The notes: generated from the letters alone by a model not told the origin. DNA of 64,000 nucleotides from an uncultured Candidatus Saccharibacteria bacterium (GCA_964370865.1 CAYJKF010000002.1:84719-148718); one strand, 5' to 3'; positions 31,034-40,861 are shown, numbered from the stretch's first letter. Numbers and translations: made by a program.

Positions 31034-31768
31034 ATGCCCAAAAAACTAGTCAAACAAGAACAACTAACACAAGCAAATTTAAAGAGTTTACAGGAAACTT
31101 TTATAGCGATTACCTCACATAAATTTCTTTCACCTATTACTGTTATTAAGTGGAATCTTGAACTATTAATGGAATCAAGCAGTGCATTATCTGAGAAGGA
31201 CAAAGAAAAACTTTTAGATATCAAAAATAATGTGCAGCGTTTAGATGATATTACTAAATTATTGCTTCGTATTTATGAAGTTGCAACTAGTCCAAGTGTT
31301 GGATCATTTAAAAATTATTCTCCAGGACTAATAGTAGATCAGATTTTGCAGGAGTATTCACTTCTAATAAAACAAAACCGACTTACCATCATCAATAATG
31401 TTAAAAACGAAGATTCGTACCACTTGCCAGGCTCTGAATACTTTATGAGAGAAATTTTAAGATCTGTTATAGATAATGCAGTTAACTACAACGTGAAAGA
31501 AGGCAAAATACAAATCGACCTAACCTCAAGTGCTAAGGCTGTCAAAATTTCTCTCCAGGATACTGGAATTGGAATTCCTGAAAAAGATCAAAATCTAATT
31601 TTTAATCCGTTTTATCGTGCTTCAAATGTCATGAAAATGTCATTCAATGGAAATGGTTTGGGGTTATATATGTCGAAAATGGGTTTAAATTTAGTTGGCG
31701 GGGATATTCGTTTTTCCTCCAACCCTGGTGTTGGGTCGAAATTCGAGTTGGTTTTTCCAATATTATAG
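31034..31768 (+). CDS. Sensor-less histidine kinase (HisKA plus HATPase)
   Basis: H-box SHKFLSP, N-box DNAVNY, G1 DTGIGI, F-box FNPFYR and G2 GNGLGLY. Confidence 0.85.
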   Translation: MPKKLVKQEQLTQANLKSLQETFIAITSHKFLSPITVIKWNLELLMESSSALSEKDKEKLLDIKNNVQRLDDITKLLLRIYEVATSPSVGSFKNYSPGLIVDQILQEYSLLIKQNRLTIINNVKNEDSYHLPGSEYFMREILRSVIDNAVNYNVKEGKIQIDLTSSAKAVKISLQDTGIGIPEKDQNLIFNPFYRASNVMKMSFNGNGLGLYMSKMGLNLVGGDIRFSSNPGVGSKFELVFPIL

Positions 31769-31781
31769 TTCTCAACAACAT

Positions 31782-32180
31782 ATGGGTGAATTACGCAAAG
31801 TAAAAAGAATCTTAATAGTGGATGATAATGAGTTCTTCGCTAAAGTTATTAAAAGTGAATTACTAAATCATGGTTATGAAGTCGATATCGTATATAACGG
31901 TGAACAAGCAATAGATTTTTTAAAACATACTAAAGTAGATTTAATCTTGCTGGATATAATTATGCCAATCAAGGATGGTTTCGAGACTATGGAAGAAATA
32001 AAGAAAAATGAACTCACAAAAGATATTAGTGTAGTTTTCTTTTCAAATTTAGGGCAGGCTGAAGATATTCAGAAAGCAATGGATCTTGGGGCACAATCAT
32101 ATATTGTAAAAAAAGATTTTTCTCTGAAAGAGGTGATGAATAATATAGAAATGCATATCAGAAAATCCGATAGCTTGTAA
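31782..32180 (+). CDS. Single-domain response regulator (CheY-like)
   Basis: Motifs ILIVDD, LLDIIMP..DG, FSN and GA..YIVK. Confidence 0.92.
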   Translation: MGELRKVKRILIVDDNEFFAKVIKSELLNHGYEVDIVYNGEQAIDFLKHTKVDLILLDIIMPIKDGFETMEEIKKNELTKDISVVFFSNLGQAEDIQKAMDLGAQSYIVKKDFSLKEVMNNIEMHIRKSDSL

Positions 32181-32246
32181 ACTATTTTTTGGTAATGTAT
32201 ATTTTAAGTGTAAATATAGTTTATTTTTATTTTTGAAAGGAACTTA

Positions 32247-32720
32247 ATGTTTACTCCTGATAATAGAAAGAAAAAAGGATTCACGTTAATTGAGTTATTA
32301 GTTGTCATTGCTATTATTGCTACCTTGGCAGTTGTTGCTTTTGTAGCCTTAGATCCTGTAAGAAGAATTCGAGATGCTCAAAATGCTACTCGAAGGACTG
32401 ATGTGGAAAATATCTCACAGGCTATTGCTTTACAAACAATAGATGATGCTGGAGTTTTACCAGTAGGACTTGTGGCTGATGGTTTGACATACCAGATAGG
32501 AACCTGCGCAGCGGGTGCAGATACACTTTGTCCAGGTGCACAAGCCGCTTGTGTAGACTTGTCAACAGTATTAGCCCAGAAGCTTAACCCAATCCCAACA
32601 GATCCGGATTCAGGTACGGCAGCTACAACAGGATATTCGGTATCGGTTGATGCTAACAATATCGTAACTGTAACCTCATGTGGTGCAGAAGGTGTAGATC
32701 CAATCTATACATCTAAGTAA
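32247..32720 (+). CDS. Type IV major pilin
   Basis: Prepilin site KKG^FTLIELLVVIAIIA, P.DP motif and four Cys. Preceded by an SD-like GAAAGGA and followed by a strong terminator. Confidence 0.92.
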   Translation: MFTPDNRKKKGFTLIELLVVIAIIATLAVVAFVALDPVRRIRDAQNATRRTDVENISQAIALQTIDDAGVLPVGLVADGLTYQIGTCAAGADTLCPGAQAACVDLSTVLAQKLNPIPTDPDSGTAATTGYSVSVDANNIVTVTSCGAEGVDPIYTSK

Positions 32721-32739
32721 GTACAAGTTTAGATACATG

Positions 32740-32773
32740 GCGCTTTCCCGCAAATGCGGGAAAGCGCTTTTTT
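32740..32773 (+). terminator. Rho-independent terminator after the pilin gene
   Basis: Perfect 12-bp stem GCGCTTTCCCGC-AAAT-GCGGGAAAGCGC followed by TTTTTT. Confidence 0.9.
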
Positions 32774-32828
32774 GTTCTTCTTTTTGTTGTTAAACGACTC
32801 CATTTCATATAAGATTTAGTTACTGCCC

Positions 32829-34520
32829 ATGCAAATTACTGATGAAATTCTAAAAACGATTTTGTTGGATACCCAATTGATATCCGATAAACAATTTGAA
32901 TTAGCTATTAAGAGTGCTAAGGCTCAAGGCACGACTCTTTACCATTATTTTGTTGATTCCAACACAATAAAAGATACTGATTTAGGTCAGTTAATCGCAA
33001 ATCACTTCAAACTTCCATACATTGATTTAAGCCGAGTGGCAATTCCAGATAACGTGTTGAGAATAATTCCCGAAGATACGGCGCGAAAGAGAAAATTTAT
33101 AAGCTTTTTAGACGAAAAGGATATTTTACATGTTGCAACTCCGAGTCCGGAGGATGTAGAGATGATAAGTTTTCTTGAAAAAAAAATAAATAAAAAAATT
33201 CTAGTACATTACACAACTGATAGAAATATTAAAGATACTCTAAATAGCTATGCAAAGAATGTAACTTTGGCTTTCGAAGATATCCTTGCTGAAAATATAA
33301 AACAAATAAAAAATTCTTTTACCGGAACATCCGAGCCACCAATTATTAAAATCGTAGATACTATTATTGAATATGCGTTCAAAAATAAAGCTTCGGATGT
33401 ACATCTTGAGCCCGTAGATACGTATTCATTACTTAGATTTAGAGTTGATGGTTTGTTAAAGGATATTGTTAAATTGCCAAAAGAGTTACATGATCGCTTA
33501 GTCACAAGAATAAAAGTTATGAGTGACTTAAGAACTGACGTTAGGCAGGCTCCACAAGATGGAAAAATCCACATTAAATTAAGTGAGGAGACCTTAAATC
33601 TTAGGGTTTCAATTGTTCCTGTTCTTGGTGGTGAAAAAGTTGTACTTAGAGTCCTAGCGGAAAAAAATAAAGGACTTGGTTTGGTTGAATTAGGTTTTAG
33701 AGATGAATCGTTAAAGAGAATCGAAGAATCATATAGAAAACCCTACGGAATGATTTTAACCACAGGTCCGACTGGTTCTGGAAAAACAACAACCCTATAT
33801 GCAATTCTGAAAGAAATCAATACTCGTGAAATTAATATTATGACAATCGAAAATCCTGTTGAGTATGAAATTGAAGGGATAAGCCAAATTCAAGTAAACC
33901 CAAAAGCAGGATTAACCTTTGCTACTGGACTTAGATCAATTGTTAGACAAGATCCAGATGTAGTACTAGTTGGAGAAATAAGAGATGAGGAAACCGCCAA
34001 AATTGCTATAAATGCCGCTATGACCGGGCATCTCGTTCTATCGACTTTACATACAAATGATGCCGCAACAACCATTCCTAGACTATTTGATATGGGAATT
34101 GAGCCTTTTCTTGTTGCTTCCTCTACGAATGTAATAGTTGGGCAAAGACTTGTGAGAAAAATTTGTGAACAATGTAGAGTTACTGAAGTTCATGATAGAA
34201 AAAATTGGGAAGAATCCACTCAATTATTTCCAAAAGAAATGATTAAGAAAGTCTTTGGAGATAAAAATGAAATACATACGTACGTGGGAAAGGGTTGTGA
34301 TATTTGTAACCATTCTGGCTATAAGGGTAGAGTCGGAATCTATGAAGTCATGTACGTAAGTGAGGAAATTAGGAGGGCAATAGTAAGTAAAGAAAACGCA
34401 GCGACGATTGCTGAAATTGCAAAAAAAGAGGGAATGATAACGATGTTTGAAGACGGTCTTGAAAAGGTAAAAATGGGAACTACAACACTTGCAGAGGTAA
34501 TTCGTGGAACGAAAGAATAA
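32829..34520 (+). CDS. pilB: Type IV pilus assembly ATPase PilB/GspE
   Basis: Motifs ASDVHLEP, PQDG, GPTGSGKTTT, RQDPD..LVGEIRD and TGHLV.STLH, plus CxxC..CxxC Zn site. Confidence 0.95.
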   Translation: MQITDEILKTILLDTQLISDKQFELAIKSAKAQGTTLYHYFVDSNTIKDTDLGQLIANHFKLPYIDLSRVAIPDNVLRIIPEDTARKRKFISFLDEKDILHVATPSPEDVEMISFLEKKINKKILVHYTTDRNIKDTLNSYAKNVTLAFEDILAENIKQIKNSFTGTSEPPIIKIVDTIIEYAFKNKASDVHLEPVDTYSLLRFRVDGLLKDIVKLPKELHDRLVTRIKVMSDLRTDVRQAPQDGKIHIKLSEETLNLRVSIVPVLGGEKVVLRVLAEKNKGLGLVELGFRDESLKRIEESYRKPYGMILTTGPTGSGKTTTLYAILKEINTREINIMTIENPVEYEIEGISQIQVNPKAGLTFATGLRSIVRQDPDVVLVGEIRDEETAKIAINAAMTGHLVLSTLHTNDAATTIPRLFDMGIEPFLVASSTNVIVGQRLVRKICEQCRVTEVHDRKNWEESTQLFPKEMIKKVFGDKNEIHTYVGKGCDICNHSGYKGRVGIYEVMYVSEEIRRAIVSKENAATIAEIAKKEGMITMFEDGLEKVKMGTTTLAEVIRGTKE

Positions 34521-34521
34521 A

Positions 34522-35574
34522 ATGATTTTGCTTAAACGGGTATCCTTTTTAGATAAGCTAATGTTTACAAAACATTTAGCGATAATGATTAAATCCGGTG
34601 TTCCAATATTTGAGGCTATAGAATCTTTGGCAGCTAATAGCGAGAGTGAGTATTTCAAATTTGTATTAAAAGATGTTTTAGTTGGTATTGAAAACGGTAA
34701 GTCCTTATGTGATGCGTTTAAAAAATATCCGAAAATATTCGATGATTTTTATACAAGCTTGATAAAAGTTAGCGAGGATTCTGGAACTTTAGAAGAGACT
34801 TTAGAATTTTTAAGCGAGCAGCTCGCCAAAGACTACGCACTACGAAAAAAAATCCAGGGAGCTATGTTTTACCCAGCGATAATTATGGTCACCGGAGTTG
34901 GAATAGCGGGTTTCATTTCTCTTTTTATCTTGCCCCAATTAGTAGGGTTTTTCACATCTCTTGATATAGAATTGCCTCTTCCAACAAAAATCTTATTATT
35001 CATCGCGAACATAATGAAGGACCACGGTGTTTTGATATTTGGCGGAGGCGCAATATTTTTTATCTTCTTAAGATGGTTCTTTAATACAAAATATTTTAAA
35101 CCGGTATGGCATAAAATATTATTACGCATTCCAATTTTTGGCAAATTACTAAAATATGGTCAGTTGGCTCGTTTTAGTCGCAATTTAGCTACTTTGGTAA
35201 AGAGTGGTGTTCCAATTGCGGAGGGATTAAGGACTGCTTCAAACACAATGTCCAATGTTGTTTATAGAAATTACTTACTAATAGTTAGGGAGGATTTGAT
35301 TAAAGGAAAAAGTATTAGTGTTTCACTTGAAGCAAGAAAATTTTCTGAAATTCCTGCAATGTTAACTAAAATGATTGGTGTTGGTGAAAAAACAGGTAAT
35401 CTCGAAGAAGTTCTATTGTATTTAAGCGAATTCTATGAAGAAGAAGTTGACGATATGGCGAAAAATTTAACCACTATGCTTGAGCCAATTCTATTGGTGG
35501 GAATTGGTGGGATGGTAGCATTCATAGCATTAGCAATTATTGGACCAATTTACAAAGTTACCAGTAGTTTTTAA
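34522..35574 (+). CDS. pilC: Type IV pilus platform protein PilC/GspF
   Basis: Two T2SSF repeats (SGVPI, GEKTGNL), YP and LEP motifs. Confidence 0.93.
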   Translation: MILLKRVSFLDKLMFTKHLAIMIKSGVPIFEAIESLAANSESEYFKFVLKDVLVGIENGKSLCDAFKKYPKIFDDFYTSLIKVSEDSGTLEETLEFLSEQLAKDYALRKKIQGAMFYPAIIMVTGVGIAGFISLFILPQLVGFFTSLDIELPLPTKILLFIANIMKDHGVLIFGGGAIFFIFLRWFFNTKYFKPVWHKILLRIPIFGKLLKYGQLARFSRNLATLVKSGVPIAEGLRTASNTMSNVVYRNYLLIVREDLIKGKSISVSLEARKFSEIPAMLTKMIGVGEKTGNLEEVLLYLSEFYEEEVDDMAKNLTTMLEPILLVGIGGMVAFIALAIIGPIYKVTSSF

Positions 35575-36018
35575 ATGAAATCTATAACAAATAGAATATA
35601 TAAAGCATTTTCTTATAATGAACTGTTGCTAAGTGTCACGATTATAGCAATCCTCTCTGCTATGGCAGGACCTTATTTATTGAATTCCTTAACGTCAAAT
35701 CAAGTGGAACAGACATCTCGAATCATAATTTCGCTACTTAGATCATCTCAACAGTATTCAATTGATAGGATTGAAAATGCCAACTGGGGAGTTTGTATGG
35801 TTGATGGTGAGATTATGCAGTATAAAAACTCATGTACTTCAGAAAATATACAGAAAACTTATATACCAGAGCCAAATATATCAATTAACGGATTAAACAA
35901 TGTTTTCTTCGAAAGTTATACGGGTGAACTGTCTTCTACTATAAGTATTTCCATAACAGATGGAATCGAGAGTCGATTAATTGAAATTAATGAGATCGGA
36001 GGATATGAAATCAATTAA
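35575..36018 (+). CDS. Minor pilin (FimT/GspH-like)
   Basis: KA^FSYNELLLSV prepilin-like N-terminus, plus L..Q..S, F...TG and I.INE.G. Confidence 0.8.
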   Translation: MKSITNRIYKAFSYNELLLSVTIIAILSAMAGPYLLNSLTSNQVEQTSRIIISLLRSSQQYSIDRIENANWGVCMVDGEIMQYKNSCTSENIQKTYIPEPNISINGLNNVFFESYTGELSSTISISITDGIESRLIEINEIGGYEIN

Positions 36019-37783
36019 GAAAGCTTTTTCACTTGTAGAGTTGTTAGTAGCTCTTGGCGTTTTCACAATTGTGATATCTAGCGGTGCTGGATTTATCACT
36101 TCCAGTTACAAACTTACGACTATGAGTGAACAAAACACTAAAGCCAGACAATTGGTAAATGAAGGGTTAGAGGTTACTAAATATTTGAAAAGGAAAAGTT
36201 GGGACAGTTTAGTTAACGGACAGTGGGGAATTAATTATAATAATCAGTCACTAGACTGGGAATACATTCCTAACCTAGACATTACAGATAGTAAATATTC
36301 GCGAGTAGTTACTATCTCAGATATTTATCGGGAAGAAGATGGAACAATCGTTACAAATAGCCCAACAAGCGCATTGGATTTATTTTCGAAAAAAGTTAGT
36401 GTAACTGTTACTTGGGATAATGCAAATAATAACGATCGTACAATAACTCAATCATTTCTAATTACGAATTGGGAAAGGGAAGTTCCTGGAGGTGGTTCTG
36501 GCATGTTGGTTTATGCAGATTATTCTGGTTCAGATGATATTATACGGTACAGATTTTTATATGAGGATGGTACTTGGTCGGCCCAGTATACTATTCCAGA
36601 CGCAGGAGTGCCCGCTAATCGAGATACTCGGCGTATTGAGCTCTATGCATCAGATACAAGGGATGAATATGTTCTTATGTCAAAACATACCGAGGATGGT
36701 CAATTTATATTTGCTCACGTTTGGGATGGTTCTCGTTGGATAGAACCAATACAGTTGGTTGGGTATGGTGATAACACTAATCCGAATACAAGAAATTTTA
36801 GTGGTACTTACTTAGAGGATGGAAGATTTTTAGCGGTCTTTGATGATTTTACATTCACACCAAAATATAGAATTTGGAATGGTACAAGTTGGGGTTCAGA
36901 AGGATCTATTGGGAACTTGGGTTTTCTAAGCTACCCAGTCTGGATGGAAGTGGAGGCTAGACCAGGTAGTAATAGGGCTATTTTTGTTGTAAGAGATTGG
37001 TTACAGAAAACAACAACTTATGTTTGGGATGGTTCAAGCTGGGGAAGCCGTGTTACTCATGGTAGTTCATCAACTGGTTCATCAATTGAAAACATTTCAC
37101 TCCAGTGGAATCGATTTTCTGGTTCAAGATTAGCGTTAATGTTTAATGAAGCCAACGATAATAATCCAAATATTAAAATATGGAATGACTCAACAAACAG
37201 CTGGAGTAGTAATGTGGAAAATGTAGCCTTACCAGGTTATGCACGTATTTTTGAAATTAGTGATAATCCACAGAGGGATCAGTTTGTAGGGTGTGCGAAA
37301 GATTCTGTTCGCGGAATTAGTTGCCTTACAACTACGTATACTCCATCTTGGACAAATGCAACACAAATTGCTACCCGTACTCACGGGAATGCTGAGAGAA
37401 GCTTTAGTGTAGGATACGAAAATAGTGGAGATGACGCTCTCGTAGTTTACAGTAACGGACCAACCGATGCGGATTTGAGAGAACCGAAATTTAGAACCTT
37501 TAATGCGAGTAGTTTGAGTTGGTCAGGTGAGCAAAAAATAGATGAACTAGGGCCGACTTCTTCATATGCTCTTACTACGACTAGGGTTTTGCCATCACAT
37601 AATTCCAATGACGTTATGGTAGTAATGGGGGATCAATCTAAAAGGATTCATACCATAGTTTGGGATGGTGATAATAATCAATTTTATGATTCAGTCGGGC
37701 TTCAACTTACTAAACAAGGTGATTTTGGGTCATATAATGAAGATTTTTGGTATGCATTTTCTTGGAGGGAATATGAAGAATAA
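36005..37783 (+). CDS. Large minor pilin with C-terminal Trp-rich repeat (putative beta-propeller adhesin) domain
   Basis: KA^FSLVELLVAL N-terminus, PilV-like KKV.VTVTW, a GGGSG linker, then W(D/N)GxxW repeats. Confidence 0.8.
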   Translation: MKSIKKAFSLVELLVALGVFTIVISSGAGFITSSYKLTTMSEQNTKARQLVNEGLEVTKYLKRKSWDSLVNGQWGINYNNQSLDWEYIPNLDITDSKYSRVVTISDIYREEDGTIVTNSPTSALDLFSKKVSVTVTWDNANNNDRTITQSFLITNWEREVPGGGSGMLVYADYSGSDDIIRYRFLYEDGTWSAQYTIPDAGVPANRDTRRIELYASDTRDEYVLMSKHTEDGQFIFAHVWDGSRWIEPIQLVGYGDNTNPNTRNFSGTYLEDGRFLAVFDDFTFTPKYRIWNGTSWGSEGSIGNLGFLSYPVWMEVEARPGSNRAIFVVRDWLQKTTTYVWDGSSWGSRVTHGSSSTGSSIENISLQWNRFSGSRLALMFNEANDNNPNIKIWNDSTNSWSSNVENVALPGYARIFEISDNPQRDQFVGCAKDSVRGISCLTTTYTPSWTNATQIATRTHGNAERSFSVGYENSGDDALVVYSNGPTDADLREPKFRTFNASSLSWSGEQKIDELGPTSSYALTTTRVLPSHNSNDVMVVMGDQSKRIHTIVWDGDNNQFYDSVGLQLTKQGDFGSYNEDFWYAFSWREYEE

Positions 37784-38279
37784 AAAAGGAATGACATTAG
37801 TTGAAGTAGTCCTTTATGTTGCCATTTTGGTCATGTTTATGACTGCCCTCATGTCGTATGTATTTATGATTATGAATGGTCGTGCAAAATCTAAGGTACA
37901 AGAAGAGGTTCAGGATAATTTAGAATTAGTAATTAACAAATTAGAGTATGAACTCAAGAATGCCTCAGCAGTGTCTTCCACTTCCAATTCACTGTCTATC
38001 ACGAGTAGTCAGCTAGCTAGAGGTAATTCAATTTATAGAGTCGAGGCAGAAGCTGTTTTATTTGGAGTTGGAGATTCTGGTTCATGCAGTGTAGCTAGTC
38101 CTTGTTTCCTAACTAGCAATTTAGTTCAAGTTACAAATTTTGAAGTGACTCAAACGACAAGTACTGATGCGAACTCTATTATTCATTTCGAGATTACAAT
38201 TCAATATAAAGATAATAATAATGAAAAGTTAAGATATAGCGAAACGCAAAGTGGGTCAGTTTACATTAGAACAACATGA
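37773..38279 (+). CDS. Minor pilin (PilW/GspJ-like)
   Basis: KG^MTLVEVVLYVAI N-terminus, LTS..V.V..F motif and GGAGG RBS upstream. Confidence 0.85.
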   Translation: MKNKKGMTLVEVVLYVAILVMFMTALMSYVFMIMNGRAKSKVQEEVQDNLELVINKLEYELKNASAVSSTSNSLSITSSQLARGNSIYRVEAEAVLFGVGDSGSCSVASPCFLTSNLVQVTNFEVTQTTSTDANSIIHFEITIQYKDNNNEKLRYSETQSGSVYIRTT

Positions 38280-38656
38280 ATAATACAAATTTAAATGGCT
38301 ATATTGCCTTAGTTTCTGTATTGATTCTTTCAGCAGTGATTATGTCAATTTTAGTAACAGTTTCAATTACCTCAGCTTATAGAATTAACGGAATTCTAAA
38401 TGAACAAGGCGTAAATAATATTAAATTAGTAGCGGAGTCTTGCGCAGATGATGTTCTGTTAAAATTAAATCACGATAATCTACTTCCGAGTACCGTGACA
38501 GTGGATGGTGTTACGTGCAACGTCGTTCAAAATAGTCAGTTAGGTACTTTATGGGATTTTGATATCAGTGTAAGTTTATCTCAAATGGTCCACACAATAA
38601 ATATTGTTGCTGACAGAACTGATAAAATATACATTATAAGTTGGAATAATAAATAA
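38276..38656 (+). CDS. PilX/GspK-like minor pilin
   Basis: G^YIALVSVLIL lacking Glu5, AESCA motif, ATGA overlap with the upstream gene. Confidence 0.75.
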   Translation: MNNTNLNGYIALVSVLILSAVIMSILVTVSITSAYRINGILNEQGVNNIKLVAESCADDVLLKLNHDNLLPSTVTVDGVTCNVVQNSQLGTLWDFDISVSLSQMVHTINIVADRTDKIYIISWNNK

Positions 38657-40116
38657 TGAACCACAATTTGCTATTAATAACAAAAGATAAGATTTATTTG
38701 TATTCACATACTGATAATAAAATTTTAAATATTCAGGAACCGGTGATGTGGGTTGAGTCAAATTTAGAGCAAGTAATTGCTCAATTATTGGCTAAATTTA
38801 AATCTAAGAATTGGGGTGTGCTTTTAAATAATGACTTGAATTACGTTATTTCTTTTACTATAGATAAACCTCAAAAACCTAACGAAGAAAAGAGTTTAAT
38901 TAGGCAGAAAGTTATTGAAAAGATACCAGAATATTCTGACAAACTAGTTTGGGACTATAAAATTTTGAGAGATAAAGGTTTTTCTACAGTTCAAATTGCG
39001 GCCTCAGAAAAGTCTCTTATCGAACATATTTACCGAGCTTTTGAGATTTCCAAGATTTCCAAGATGGCTCTTTCATTCATTGAGCCTATGTCTTATTTCC
39101 TTGCACAAGGGGTATCAAAACAAGATAAATATTACGTAATTTTGTATACGTCTCCACTTGAATCAATTATTGCTCTCGCAAATAACGGTTTCATTAGTAT
39201 GGTCACTACTTTAAATAATGAAGATTTAGAGTCACAACTTAATAAATTTTTCGAATTCATTAAGATAAAGATTCCAATGTCATTCCCAATTGAGATGTTA
39301 GTTTCTGATAATAATAATGTGCTTACTGAGCAACTTGTATCAGTACTAGAGAAATCCAATGCCAAAATTACAGCTTTAGATTTGACGCCATTTTTATTCA
39401 AGGATTATGCTGAAATCAAAAGCCGGAACGACGAAGCTAAACTAAATTTAAATAATGATAACAGTTTTGTTGCCGAGGTTGCTCAACAGAGAAATGAGTC
39501 ACCACAAGATTCTCAAAAACCATCAAAGCATAAGAAATGGATTTCCATAATTGCAATTGTAACGATGTTTTTAGTTATGGCTGGAGCATTAACTTATTAT
39601 TTTACAAAAGATGAGGAAACGGAAGAGAACGTTACTGACGTTAAATTAGTTTCGCCAACACCCACACCGGCATCAGAAGTTTTAAACGAAAGCGAAATTG
39701 ACGAAAAAGAGCAAGAGACAATTGATAGTAAGGTTGTCGAAAGGCCAAAAGCACTTGAGAACTTTAAAGGATATAGACTGGAGATTTTAAATGGGTCAGG
39801 AATTCCCGGGGAAGCAGATAAAATGAGAGATCTAGTTGTACCTTTACAATTTGATAGGGTTAATGTAGGTAATGCAGATAAATTTGATTATTTGGACACG
39901 ACAATTCAATTTAGATCTGAAGAAGTTAAACTTGGACAGGATTTATTGCAAGACTTACTGGACAATTATTCTGTAGTTGTTTCTGAGGAATATTTGCCTG
40001 CTTCATCGATTTATGATGTGCAAATTCTAATAGGATCGACGAGGAATCCACAGACATCATCAATAAAGGGGGATTCAGAAAGTCTTAATGGTGGAGTACA
40101 GGGAATCGAGCCATAG
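38656..40116 (+). CDS. Membrane protein with degenerate PilM-like N-terminal region and LytR C-terminal-like domain
   Basis: IP....LVWDY, VQIAA and IEP resemble PilM segments. One TM, then ILNGSGIPGEA..VGNAD..DVQILIG (LytR_C-like). Confidence 0.6.
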   Translation: MNHNLLLITKDKIYLYSHTDNKILNIQEPVMWVESNLEQVIAQLLAKFKSKNWGVLLNNDLNYVISFTIDKPQKPNEEKSLIRQKVIEKIPEYSDKLVWDYKILRDKGFSTVQIAASEKSLIEHIYRAFEISKISKMALSFIEPMSYFLAQGVSKQDKYYVILYTSPLESIIALANNGFISMVTTLNNEDLESQLNKFFEFIKIKIPMSFPIEMLVSDNNNVLTEQLVSVLEKSNAKITALDLTPFLFKDYAEIKSRNDEAKLNLNNDNSFVAEVAQQRNESPQDSQKPSKHKKWISIIAIVTMFLVMAGALTYYFTKDEETEENVTDVKLVSPTPTPASEVLNESEIDEKEQETIDSKVVERPKALENFKGYRLEILNGSGIPGEADKMRDLVVPLQFDRVNVGNADKFDYLDTTIQFRSEEVKLGQDLLQDLLDNYSVVVSEEYLPASSIYDVQILIGSTRNPQTSSIKGDSESLNGGVQGIEP

Positions 40117-40125
40117 CTATATTAT

Positions 40126-40200
40126 TGGAGCGACCGAAGGGATTTGAACCCTCGGTCTCTTCCTTGGGAAGGAAGCATGTTACCACTACACCACGGTCGC
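40126..40200 (-). tRNA. tRNA-Gly(CCC)
   Basis: Reverse complement GCGACCG...CTTCC-TTCCCAA-GGAAG...TTCAAAT...CGGTCGCT-CCA. Confidence 0.95.
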
Positions 40201-40228
40201 ACTTTCCTATATTATAACTCACACCAGC

Positions 40229-40861
40229 TTATGGTAGTTGAAGATTAGTTCCAGGTATTATAAGTGGATTACCGTTTTGCAAATATCCAACTTTATTAAT
40301 ATCAGCTATTTTTTTCCATTGCTTTCCTTCGCCGTATTTTCCTTCTGAAATTTCCCAAAGTGTATCGCCTCTTATTACTAAGTGAGTGTTACCAGTTATG
40401 TCTCCTGGATTATAATTAACTGCTACCCAAACACCTGGTGCGACTTTCACATTTTTAGTTAGGTTTGAATCAGTTGATGTGCTAACTATTCCACTGGGCT
40501 TATTTGTTGTTGGAGTAGGAGTTGCAATATTTCCACCTTTTTGACTTCCAACATTATTACCTCCAGCAAAACCAAGTACTTTATCGGACACAGGTTGATT
40601 GACATTTGGTGTTGCCAAAGTAGGAGCTTTACTTGGGGTTGGCAACGAATCGTCTAATGCCACATCTTGAGAAGACTCTGATGGTTCGCCAGTTTCCACT
40701 GTTGCTAAAGGAATTTCATTATTATCTCCAGCTTCTTTGAAGTATCGATACATAAAAACAATAATCGTACTGACAATGAGAAGGCCAATTACCAAAAAGA
40801 TGATAGCAACTTTGCCTGTATGTTTACTTTCGTTTACGGTTGTATTTATTTCATCTGCCAT
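40229..40861 (-). CDS. Membrane-anchored LysM protein
   Basis: TM, Pro/Thr/Ser linker, then HLV.RGDTLWEIS..YG...W..I..N....IIPG.L.LP. Confidence 0.9.
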   Translation of the reverse strand: MADEINTTVNESKHTGKVAIIFLVIGLLIVSTIIVFMYRYFKEAGDNNEIPLATVETGEPSESSQDVALDDSLPTPSKAPTLATPNVNQPVSDKVLGFAGGNNVGSQKGGNIATPTPTTNKPSGIVSTSTDSNLTKNVKVAPGVWVAVNYNPGDITGNTHLVIRGDTLWEISEGKYGEGKQWKKIADINKVGYLQNGNPLIIPGTNLQLP

